From: Eledone cirrhosa
Taxonomy: Eukaryota
Assembly: GCA_964016885.1 (NCBI GenBank)
Contig: OZ024741.1
Location: forward strand, 10,106,001 to 10,170,000
Direction of reading: 5' to 3'
Length of the DNA: 64,000 bases
A program made the translations under genes and the position numbers. This document shows positions 53,501 to 64,000 of the stretch, piece after piece. The notes beneath the pieces are model-generated. The model did not search any database. It was given only the letters and a program-made list of their open reading frames with translations, and was not told the origin of the DNA. Position 1 is the first letter of the stretch, and each line of letters opens with the position of its first letter.

Positions 53501-53934
53501 GTGCCGTCAGCCGGGCATGTCCGAGATGCGCGCAGGGCGACGAAACCGTCCTGCACGCACTCGTCCAGTGTCCGAAAATTGCTGACTTGTGGGTTTATGT
53601 CGAACACCTGCTGTCGCGTTTAGGACGGATCCAGCTATCATCTGAGTCTATCGTGAGGATTGCCCCGCCCTCCTCCTTTAGCCGGGAAGGGCAGGCAGTT
53701 TTTATCTGTCTGGTGGCCATGGCGAAAGAGATAGTATGGTGGACACGTTTGAAAGGGCTGAAGACGAGCACTTACCTCTTCGGTGATGCTCTGATTGACT
53801 TTTTCAAATTTCATTTGAAAAGGAAAATCAGAGTAGAGAAGGAAGTGCTCTCTTCCCAGCATTTTGTTGAAAGATGGGTGAGAGAAGCAAGAATGGCCCG
53901 AGTGAATGGGCCGACTCTGAGTATATATCTGTAA
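50515..53934 (+). CDS. Tx1 ORF2: APE endonuclease, reverse transcriptase, CCHC zinc finger (1139 aa)
   Basis: INARG, SET, GDWN, YLD, TDH; KSPGLDG, RPITLLN, DQSKAFD, RQGCPLS, YADD; CPRC..ETVLHALVQC. Confidence 0.97.
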   Translation: MTSLRIGSINARGLGSSWKQGHLLNDLRSLNIDVVAISETRISEARAFAPIFGGYDVYASPSRPGSGGGVAVLFRRGLDLAIRAIFLDPEGKLVVLDVTSGDGQAFRLVAVYAPTGAGRPDFFRRLETFLGTSRSLVLEGDWNGILDARWDCVGLADRGGGCKSLTNLLRRFELSDRYRLDFPNVPMWTWTNRIGSSRSYLDRVFCREIDRSSIGCPQFKIVSYTDHKFVTCVLDLDRLHRRGPGYWKLNASLPARKAYRDRISELVKRALTGAIVNNKWWFALKRAIRIESIRFSKALAIEKNRAEGELVRKLDEALSKGIATDVLAAKLALDQFFNAKHEGCVVRARVRALRHEGTKAVQWARVAEARRGNKARIRSLVDHDGRMLLDPGQMCEAFQRHFAQLFGGSGGPGRGMDFSVYLDGLPRLSATEAKCCEKPITAAEVREAMTGCTRGKSPGLDGLPYELYVQMPDLFGGLLADVYCNWQQNGRIPSSVSRGSVALLRKDPNKGDNIDNFRPITLLNTEFKILAKVLAKRLALVVGGLVGEAQTCAIPDRSIHDNLHLMRYIVERVAREPGTGGSLINLDQSKAFDRVDHRYLAAVLRAAGFGPVFRGWIAAMHSDICSVVRVNGHLSEPFNIMRSVRQGCPLSSLLYVLTLEPLLHKLETLRGVPRELGCGRSVSAYADDVTVVVSNAKHIEAIGTTLREYEAVTGAMINQEKSVGLQLGTWRGRSMPSNSVVGRWTDGPVKLLGVWFGPDLQTDKNWDEVTSRVASLIQKWAERKLSLKGRAEVANAYIASVICYRLTVVPCPKPRLTALERLLFRFLWMGRAPMVRRSICCQHPLRGGLGMPWLMMRRHALRLRHLHLFLDGDQVWSPFARRVFPQLVSLTELQSWVKRRPRGSAWRLECLQALTALDQSGNVIGGNSTSAFYRGLVEGKSDDVLGETLGVDENQLANLFGRTFGPGPMDNFQKSLAWQCYRGALPVRDKLYRHGGAVSRACPRCAQGDETVLHALVQCPKIADLWVYVEHLLSRLGRIQLSSESIVRIAPPSSFSREGQAVFICLVAMAKEIVWWTRLKGLKTSTYLFGDALIDFFKFHLKRKIRVEKEVLSSQHFVERWVREARMARVNGPTLSIYL

Positions 53935-54182
53935 ACTAAAGGTGGAAAACTGGGAGAGGGCACTTGCCTTGGTGGTCAGGGTCATTGTGGCTTTTTACTG
54001 GGCTTTCTCCACAAATGTCCCTCCGAAGTCTCCCCCCTATTGGGGAATTTTTCATTGTTATTTTTTGTTACATCCTCTGTTTTTGTTTTTTACACGCAGA
54101 AATGCCCATTTGTATCGTCCTGCATTGTCCTGCACTGTCCTTAATGTCTACTTTATGTAAACCCTTGTGGTTAATAAAGAAA

Positions 54183-54241
<59 letters not shown>

Positions 54242-54728
54242 TACAAAGAGAGAGAGAAAGGAATACACATATACGTACCTATCTCCCTACCTACATACAT
54301 ATATATATACATACATACATACACACATACATACATACCCACCTATATATATACATGCATAAAAAAGTAAGAGTGCGTGTTTTTGTATATATATATATAC
54401 TCGTATATACTGTATTTATCTACTTTCCTTCAGTGCTTGTACATGTATATATATATGTATATATATATATGTATATATATATGTATATATATATGTATAT
54501 ACACATGTGTTAGTCAACTTCTACCTAATGGCATGATTAAATAGATGTAAGACGCTGTTAGACTATCAAATCCAAGAATGACAAGCTACTTGGATGCTTT
54601 TAAGTTAATCTTCATGGCCAGCAGACAAGACTCATGTCCGTGACTATCGTCATTAAAGTCACGTGAGCGAGAGTAACACCACTTCACTGATATTTACTGA
54701 CCACATGGAAACCTATATATAATCCCTT

Positions 54729-55251
<523 letters not shown>

Positions 55252-55397
55252 ATTGGTGGTGGATGCTTAAAGCGTCTGTATGCGGTAGGCTGTATGAGCA
55301 CTTGATGCTCTCATAAAGCAGAGTATGATATCACAATGATATCACAGTGATATATATATATACTTTCGGACGTTCAACTATCTGGCAGGAAGGTATA

Positions 55398-55438
55398 CAT
55401 TGCTGACGATAGCTAACAAGCTTGAAACTAGTACAGCG
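55398..55438 (+). ncRNA. Minimal type I hammerhead ribozyme
   Basis: CATTG-CTGACGA-T AGCT aaca AGCT T-GAAA-CTAG-TA-CAGCG. Confidence 0.75.
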
Positions 55439-56885
55439 TTCCTTTGTCAGTGTTGAACAAACGAGCAACGGTGGTTGCTAGACACTACGGCTTAATACGG
55501 GATGTTTGTTTACAAACACACCGAGCATTATAATAAGTGTTAGGTGAATCCATACGTACATATATATATGTATGCATGTATGTATATATATATACATACT
55601 ACTGTGCGTCTGTATACATATATGTATGTACGTATACATACGTATATTTATATATATATATATATATGTGTGTGTGTAGAGGTTATATTTAATTTGTTGG
55701 GATACAACAAGCAAAATATTTTTATAACTGATATAAAGCACTCAACAAATTATTGGAGTAAATATACAATATATTAACAAATGGAAACTATATTTATAAA
55801 ACCATATTTATTTCATTATACATATTTCAAGGGCCACCAAGGCAAACTATGGTGCGTTTTCATCAGATAAAATATAATATAGGTTAGTTTTATAAATAAA
55901 TATTGACATACCCTGAAAAAATGCAACCATTCTGGTTGGAATCTCCTGGATAGTGGAGTTATTAGATTTATTGTTGGTTTATTATGCAAATTAGTGTTGG
56001 AAAGGTTTTAATAACAGTATATTTAAATTAAGCCGTTGGAATAGGGAAAAAAGAAAGAAAGAGAAAAAAGAGAAAAAACGAAAGAAAGAAAGAGAAAAAA
56101 CCTTAGTATATTTAAGTGAGAGAGAATAGCGTAATTTTGAGAGAAGAGGCGAAGAAATAAATATAGTGCGGATGAATATCGTAGAATGGATAAACAATAA
56201 TAAATTAAGTTGAAGAATTTTATCTGTTTAATTAATAAATATGATTAAATGCTTAATTAATAATTTATCAATTCAATCCGTAGTTTAAATGTTTAAATGT
56301 GTATGTTAGATTATTAAAGTTGAGACCTATATATTATTAAAGAATATATATTATTAAAATATATATTATTAGAAAATATGTTATTATTACAAAACCATAT
56401 ATAATTTTATTAATTATTAATTAATTATTTTTAAAAATTTGTATGTTTAAAATATCCAAATAAGCTCATGGAAATTCCGAGAGTTTACAGAAGAATAATC
56501 CCTTATTTGTAATAGCAGTAGAGCGTAAAGGAAATTGCTAGCGATTTATTAATAATTTAGATAGGTCTAAGGATTAAATGCTATAATGTTAAGATGTTAA
56601 AAAAATTAAATTTTCCATCTTAATAATGTAATTAGACTATGAATCTTATGTTATTTTATAGCAAGTTATAATTTTATAACTCTACCTGTTATACAGTTAT
56701 GACTGTTAAAACATAAATTTGTTTGCTATAACGTGTTAACATTTAAAAATTCTTTCATAGGAATATATCTAAAGTATAAACCATAAAAAAAGACTTCCAT
56801 AAGAGTATATCTATAGAATATATTTAAAGTATAAATTTTATATATATATATAAACATTTTGATATATATATACACACACACATAT

Positions 56886-56940
<55 letters not shown>

Positions 56941-56947
<7 letters not shown>

Positions 56948-57306
56948 AAAAAGGGATGAAATCGAAAATGCAACTGAAGTCTTATTTTTTTAAAAATATA
57001 TATATTTATTTGGTTCCTTTACCGGTTTCGCAGTTCTTCTGCTTTTCAAAAGGTGAGTTGAGATGGAGGGTCTGTGGTTTTTCTCACATGAGAAAAACCA
57101 CACGTGAGAAAAACCACAGACCCTCCATCTCAACTCACCTTTTGAAAAGCAGAAGAACTGCGAAACCGGTAAAGGAACCAAATAAATATATATATTTTTA
57201 AAAAAATAAGACTTCAGTTGCATTTTCGATTTCATCCCTTTTTCTTTATACTTCCACTCGTGTAGGACACCTCGGTTATTTTTCATTTTGTAAAAAAAAA
57301 CCTCAC

Positions 57307-57313
<7 letters not shown>
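56941..57313. mobile_element. Perfect ~147-bp-arm fold-back of another pLTR end
   Basis: 56941-57087 is the reverse complement of 57103-57250; right arm extends ~60 bp to (TA)n. Confidence 0.9.
57138..57175 (+). ncRNA. Minimal type I hammerhead, U3:A8 core variant (mirror copy 57016-57053 on -)
   Basis: CCTT-TTGAAAA-GCAG aagaa CTGC-GAAA-CCGG-TA-AAGG, then AATAAA. Confidence 0.82.
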
Positions 57314-57354
<41 letters not shown>

Positions 57355-57410
57355 CGAAGGAAATGTGGTAAGGAACCAGGTGGACCATAACGCACCATAT
57401 ATATATATAT

Positions 57411-57571
57411 AGGAACCAGTAAGACCCCGACAGCTGAGCTCAAGCCGTTTCGACGGCTAATTCTGGACTAAAAAAAAAAAAAAAAAGACTTTTTTTTTTT
57501 TTTTTTTTTTTTAGTCCAGAATTAGCCGTCGAAACGGCTTGAGCTCAGCTGTCGGGGTCTTACTGGTTCCT
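57411..57571. repeat. Hairpin element, copy 4; perfect palindrome with poly(A)/poly(T) apex
   Basis: ~59-bp perfect arms plus A-run/GAC/T-run, embedded in (TA)n. Confidence 0.92.
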
Positions 57572-58011
57572 ATATATATATATATATATATATATCAAGC
57601 ATTTGAAAAATACATAAATACAAAATATACAATATAAAATATGAATTATAATTTTAAAAAATATAAGAATATAGATAAGAAAATACACAGTATTTCTTTC
57701 TTTCGTTTTTTCTCTTTTTTCTCTTTCTTTCTTTTTTTCCCTATTCCAACGGCTTAATTTAAATATACTGTTATTTAAACCTTTCCGACACTAATTTGCA
57801 TAATAAACCAACAATAAATCTAACTCCACTATCCAGGAGATTCCAACCAGAATGGTTGCATTTTTTCAGGGTATGTCAATATTTATTTATAAAACTAACA
57901 TATATTATATTTTATCTGATGAAAGCGCACCATAGTTTGCCTTGGTGGCCCTTGAAATATGTATAATGAAATAAATATGGTTTTATAAATATAGTTTCCA
58001 TTTCTTAATAT

Positions 58012-58040
<29 letters not shown>

Positions 58041-58047
<7 letters not shown>

Positions 58048-58297
58048 TAACAGATTAAAGTTTAAGCAAAGAATCGCTGCTTTCACCATTAACGGGATCT
58101 TCGGTTGCAACGTTTTTTGAAATATTTACTCCTGCGTTCACAGAGATCCCGTTAAGGGTGAAAGCAGCGATTCTTTGCTTAAACTTTAATCTGTTATTTT
58201 AATAAATATTTGCTCTACGGTTCTTATATATTTGATATATATTTATCCTTATCGAGCCCTCTTTGGATTTTAGTCTTCAAATTTATTATTATTACTA
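58041..58297 (+). mobile_element. Fold-back pLTR end, same family as 10420-10640
   Basis: IR 58041-58100/58144-58203. Confidence 0.82.
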
Positions 58298-59055
<758 letters not shown>

Positions 59056-59443
59056 AGTGTATATATTACTGAAGTCAATGCCAAGCTAGATACCTATTTT
59101 AATGTTGACTCTACCAATTCAACGATACTTAAATATATTTGATGTGTTGCTGTAAGTAATTGCTTGTTTGTAAATATCATTGTTAACTTCCTACACACTC
59201 GGTGTAGTTTTTATTATCTAACTTCCTCCTCTCCTACTTCTTCTCCTCCCCCTCCTCCTCCTCCTCCTAGCTGTTGTTTTTTTTGTCTTGAGAGATTTCC
59301 TTTCTCTTTCCATTGTTTCCTATCCTTCATGTATCATTGTTTTTCTTCTCTTTATATATTTTTCTCTCGTCCTTCTCCCCCTCTCCCCCCCCCCCTGTCT
59401 TTATGCCAAGAGATCGGCGTCAAGACATCCATTAATTTCACGA

Positions 59444-59487
<44 letters not shown>

Positions 59488-60387
59488 GGAAAAAATTACA
59501 TACATAAAAAATAAAATATATGAGAAGAGAGAGCGAACATCTCTGAAAGCTACTCTTTGACATTATGCGATTATTTTTATTATTGTTTTTTTATTATTAT
59601 TCTGGGTGTTGTTATCAATGTTGTTAATATTGTTGTTGTTGTTTTCTTGAACAGTCCCCTGTTTTGTCCTTAATGTAATGTTAGTTGAGAATGTAAGAAT
59701 GAAGTGTCACTATGTAAACAGAATGGTTTCGGAAGAGCACTTTTGCCTCTCATTACTCCGCCATTGAACACAAATGTTTATGTAAGTTGCGAAGATAGAT
59801 TTCAATACCAGCTGTCAACATCTGATAGGACTCTGAGAGGAAGCTAATTGCAAGGAATTGTACGTGTGCCAAACATTGTCTTCTCTGCTGTCTGTCTTCC
59901 TTCTTTCACAGGCGAAATGTCTTGGCGAACCTTGTACAAGAATCTACGAGGAAATGTTTGCATGTCTTGGTATTGGTTTACAAAAGAGGGTGAAAGAGAG
60001 AGAGAGAGAGAAAGAGGGAGAGGAGGAAAAAATGAAGAAATGAAAGACTAGCTATAAAAGAAGATTAAAAAAACATCAAAAGAAAGAATGGAAAACAAAC
60101 AAGGTAAAAATCTATTTGCAAATCTATTTACTTATTTACGAATGTCAGATGTTATTTAAATAAATGTACTTCCGGTTAACAAAACCGACAAGAGGTTCGA
60201 ATGAATGGTAACGAAAGAGAAGAAATTAAAGTGAATTCGAGAATAAATCACCCGTAAATTGAACATCTCATTCCTAAAAGACATCACAATATTGATACAC
60301 CATTTTAGTGGGGACTTTCTTTTCTTTGTTGTTTTCATTTTGTTTCTTTCTTTTCTCTCAGCTTTATATTTATTGCAGAAAAATAAG

Positions 60388-60785
60388 GAGATAGAGAGAG
60401 AGAGAGAGAGAGAGATGGAGAAAGAGGTAGAGGGAGGGAGAGAGGGAGAGAGAGATAGCAAGATAGGGTAGAGGGAGAGAGATATAGAGAAATAGAGAGA
60501 GCGGTAGAGAGAGAGACAGATAGCAAGATATGGTAGAGGGAGAGAGATAGAGAGAGAGGTAGAGATAGAAAGAGATAGAGAGGGATAGCGAAAGAAAGAG
60601 ATTGAGAATGAGAGATAGCCTGAGAGGTGAAGAGAGAATGGGAGATAGAAAGAGAAGTAAGATAGATAGAGATTGACTGATAGGGAAATAGATAGAGAGA
60701 TAGGGAGATGGGGAGATAGATAGATGGAGAGATAGATAGATAGATAGATAGAGAGATAAAGAGAGGGAGAGAGAGAGGGACGAGA
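60388..60785. repeat. GA/GATA polypurine tract
   Basis: Direct reading. Confidence 0.9.
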
Positions 60786-60829
60786 AGGTGTAAAAAGATG
60801 TAACTGTGTGACATTCATACCTTTCTTAA

Positions 60830-61005
60830 TAGTAATTTCCAATTTAGTCTAGAAATATGTGGAGAGGAGAATGTCGATTATACAGACACCAGTATTTTAC
60901 TGGTACTCTATCAACCTCAACTGAATGAAAGTTGACTTTGATAGGATTTAAACTCAGAACCATTAAGGGTACACGTGCCTGTGGAATAACGATTCTACCA
61001 ACCTG
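60830..61005 (-). mobile_element. Highly decayed Meta-like SINE
   Basis: CCAGTATTTTACTGGTACT...ATGAAAGTTGAC...GGATTTAAACTCAGAAC...ACGATTCTACCAA. Confidence 0.6.
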
Positions 61006-61011
61006 TCTCCT

Positions 61012-61470
61012 TTCATTCATTCATCATTCATCCCCATTGCTCTCTTGGAGCATAGGCCATTGATGACCGGCCACCATTGTACACGACCCTGGACTACTCT
61101 CGCTACTCCAGCCCCATTGCTCTCTGTGGAACATATTTCAAAGACGACCCTCCGCCATCGTACACAACCTTGGACTATCTCACCACTCCACTCTAGATGG
61201 TTTCCAGTTTTGTCCTCGGTGTCACGCGTCCAGCCACCATAGGGCCGGCCACTGTTCCTCTTCCACTGCGTGTTCCAGGTGTGTGGTGTTAGATGCTGGT
61301 TTCCTGAGGGTTTTTTCCAATCCAACTCCACTTCCTCCACAGAATCTGCTTTGCCACTGGTTTCTGTCCTGTCTCACTCCCACAGATCTTCGTTTCTGAT
61401 CTTCTCCGGCCATTTCATGTAGATGTGCCTCACACTGGTGTTGATAACAGTTAATCAAATAAAGACTAAA
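61012..61470 (-). mobile_element. RTE-clade LINE 3' fragment, decayed, with ~80-bp terminal duplication and (TGAA)-like tail
   Basis: KWPEKIRNEDLW, RKWSWIG, LRKPASN, WN.QWKR.SGRP, RWRRVV..ICS across frames; CCCCATTGCTCTC at 61032 and 61112. Confidence 0.75.
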
Positions 61471-61565
61471 ATGGTGCCATTCGGTGGAATCGAAAACCTG
61501 TCTTTCACTCCAACCAGCGAGAACTTTGAAAATTTTTCCGCACCTCATCACTCCCACCAAGTGAA

Positions 61566-61705
61566 GGCGCATAGCTTAGTGGTTAGAGCATTGGGGTTGC
61601 AATCGAAAGGTTGTGAGTTCAATTCTCGAACCGGGTGATGTGTTGTTTCCTTGAGCAAGACACTTCATTTCACGTTGCTCCAGTTTACTCAGCTGTAGAA
61701 ATGAG
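61566..61705 (+). mobile_element. tRNA-derived SINE (V-domain-like), 3'-truncated
   Basis: TAGCTTAGTGG A-box, GAGTTCAATTC B-box, TCCTTGAGCAAGACACTT. Confidence 0.75.
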
Positions 61706-62020
61706 ATGATAGGACTGTGATCCCTATCATTAAATTACCCAAGATACCTCAAACGAGATATACCTTGGAGGAGGCCAACTAAACCTGCATAGGTGTGAGC
61801 TGTAACAACAATAACAACTTCAACTAATCTTGTCTTTTGGTCTCAATGGCATCAGTGGTCATAACATTATTTTCACAGAACCAGTCCTGATGTTTCCTCG
61901 TTTTAAACCCCAGAGTTTCAGTAGCAGCCTTTCATGGTTTTGATGTTGCTCCATTCATTATCAACTAAGGTGGTCACAACTGGAGTGTCTCTCATGTTCG
62001 TTAAGAGGGCTTCGTGGTAT

Positions 62021-62792
62021 GTAGTAGCAACAGTAGCAGTAGCAGCAGTAGCAGCAGTAGCAGCAGTAGCAGTAGTAGCAGCAGTAGCAGTAGTAGCAGC
62101 AGTAGCAGCAGTAGCAGAAGAAGCAGCAGTAGCAGTAGTAGCAGCAGTAGCAGCAGTAGCAGCAGTATCAGTAGTAGCAACAGTAGCAGCAGCAGTAGCA
62201 GTAGTAGCAGCAGTAGCAGCAGTAGCAGTAGTAGCAGCAGTAGCAGCAGAAGCAGCAGTAGCAGTAGTAGCAGCAGCAGCAGTAGCAGTAGTAGCAGCAG
62301 TAGCAGTAGCAGCAGTAGCAGCAGTAGCAGCAGTAGCAGCAGAAGCAGCAGTATCAGTAGTAGCAACAGTAGCAGCAGCAGCAGAAGCAGCAGTAGCAGT
62401 AGAAGCAGCAGTAGCAGCAGTATCAGTAGTAGCAGTAGTAGCAGTAGTAGCAGCAGTAGCAGCAGAAGCAGCAGTAGCAGTAGAAGCAGCAGTAGCAGTA
62501 GTAGTAGCAGAAGCAGCAGCAGCAGTAGCAGTAGCAGTAGTAGCAGCAGTAGCAGCAGTAGCAGTAGTAGCAGTAGCAGCAGTAGCAGTAGCAGTAGCAG
62601 TAGCAGTAGTAGCAGCAGTAGCAGCAGAAGCAGCAGTAGCAGCAGAAGCAGCAGCAGCAGTAGCAGTAGCAGTAGTAGCAGCAGTAGCAGCAGTAGCAGT
62701 AGTAGCAGTAGCAGCAGTAGCAGCAGAAGCAGCAGTAGCAGCAGCATCAGCAGTAGCAGCAGCAGCAGCAGCAGTAGCAGCAGCAGCAGCAG
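62021..62792. repeat. (AGC/AGT)n degenerate trinucleotide array
   Basis: Direct reading. Confidence 0.96.
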
Positions 62793-64000
62793 TGTTCAGC
62801 TACAATTTCTCTGTTGAAATTCTTTGATGGTTTCTTTATTAGGTGAAATGGTCTTGATCTTAATTTGCGGCACATCTTCGTCACTAGTATGCGGGGATCA
62901 GTCCAACAGTCATCTGCACCTACCATGGCTCACCTGACTAAAACCTCAGCTCTGTGTTGCTACCCTGTGATGATATAATCAAGTATATGCCAGTACCCTG
63001 ATCTTCGATACATCCAGGTTGTCTTGAAGTGCTGTTTGAGATGAAAGATTGTGTTAGTTATTGAGAAGCGATGTAAGTCCCGAGAAGGATTGTAGCTGCC
63101 CACACCTTCCTTACCGAGAACTCCGGGTCATGGTTGTTAATAACTCAAGCATTGAAGTCTACTAGGACGGGGAGCCAGAGAGATAGGAGAAGACAGTTGG
63201 AGATAGAATTATTCCTTTACATTCCCTTCTAAGATGAGTGTTGGAACATAGACAGTGATTATTGTCAAGAATAGGCCACTTTACTGAGTAACTCTGAGTT
63301 TCATGAGCCATTTATTTGTGTTAGTTAGGCAGAGATTATGCCTGACAAATATTTCATTCCAGATGGCAAAGTCAACTCCATGGATGCAGGGATCATCCTT
63401 ACAGTTCCCCTTCCAAACATATGTGTATCCAACCTGTTTCTCTATAATTCTGCCTTACTCAAAAAGTCTAGTCTCGCCGAGGGCTGCAATGCCTACATTA
63501 AACCCGTTCTTCTGTGGGACTTGTCGTGGTCAATATCGTGGAGCTGACCCTGAAGTGTTCGGACATTCCGGGCATCAATAAGTTTTTTGTATCATATGTA
63601 TTTCTATTTTTGTTTCTCCCACAATCGGGAGGTAACCGCTGGTTGCGGTAGACCAGCCAGCTTAAAAGAGAGGACTCCAAATCTAACCCACCTTTTCTAG
63701 GTCTATCCCATTAAGGCGGACAGTGGTACACCCGAATAAGTCTACTCGGACGTGACAGCAGAACTGAAAGTCAGTTTGTTGTTGATTCACTGGTTCTAGC
63801 GACCATCTTACTGTCATCGCCACTGTACAACCTTTGACACTAGAAACTCCCAGCTTTCCAAACCTGTTCCATTCGCACATTGCCATCACCAGTGGTCTTT
63901 ATATGATTTTGTGTAGAGGATTTGCTGATTCCTTGTCACTGGCCTATAGTGTTTAAGGTGGTCCACAGTTCGTCTCCTGTGTCACACACACTTGACACAA

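Larger units (their letters stand above)
48154..54184 (+). mobile_element. Full-length, near-intact Tx1-clade LINE (copy E), ~6.0 kb, (ATT)n tail to 54233
   Basis: Two long ORFs, 35-nt spacer, 3' UTR ending AATAAAGAAATC-(ATT)n. Confidence 0.97.
55680..58017. mobile_element. Naiad-type 3' remnant (-) with an inverted ~330-bp pLTR copy and nested insertions; hammerheads at 55811-55872 (-) and 57910-57971 (+)
   Basis: Arms 55762-56091/57693-58020; TTTTAT-CTGATGA-AAG...CTT-GAAA-TATGTA-TA-ATGAAA. Confidence 0.82.

Noticed and set aside
42410-54362. Antisense and alternative-frame ORFs overlapping the Tx1 copies
   Set aside because: Shadow ORFs of GC-rich or low-complexity coding sequence; they recur only because the element is repeated.
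61566-61640. Functional tRNA gene (also 3332-3420)
   Set aside because: Poor cloverleaf, and it continues into a SINE body.
61934-62827. Ala/Val-rich 297-aa ORF (antifreeze-like) and poly-Ser/poly-Leu frames
   Set aside because: Trinucleotide array open in several frames; no non-repeat coding support.
63300-64000. Possible RTE 5' UTR with HDV-like ribozyme
   Set aside because: Only a faint resemblance near 63655-63690; no ORF or pseudoknot could be established within the window.

Overview
Eukaryotic, repeat-saturated DNA with no securely identifiable host gene. The SINE families and microsatellite load suggest an octopod cephalopod (inference). The window has five main components. (1) A ~21 kb retrotransposon pile-up on (ATT/AAT)n tracts (32.7-54.2 kb): three full-length Tx1-clade LINEs, one with an intact 1139-aa APE-RT-CCHC ORF2, plus R4/Dong-type RLE elements and a SINE. 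Tx1 and Dong insert with strictly opposite strand polarity. (2) Many Penelope-like (Naiad-type) remnants in (TA)n tracts, one retaining a GIY-YIG fragment. They carry about ten distinct type I hammerhead ribozyme motifs, three with the compensatory U3:A8 core, and are often folded back into inverted repeats. (3) An 11 kb block of two minisatellites, one with a 3430-bp higher-order duplication. (4) RTE fragments, tRNA-derived SINEs, simple repeats and a 200-N gap. (5) A few speculative host exons. The strongest leads are the hammerhead set, a Tx1-SINE shared 3' end, and mosaic Tx1 copies that differ in ORF1 yet share a nonsense codon. All coordinates and alignments were read by eye.
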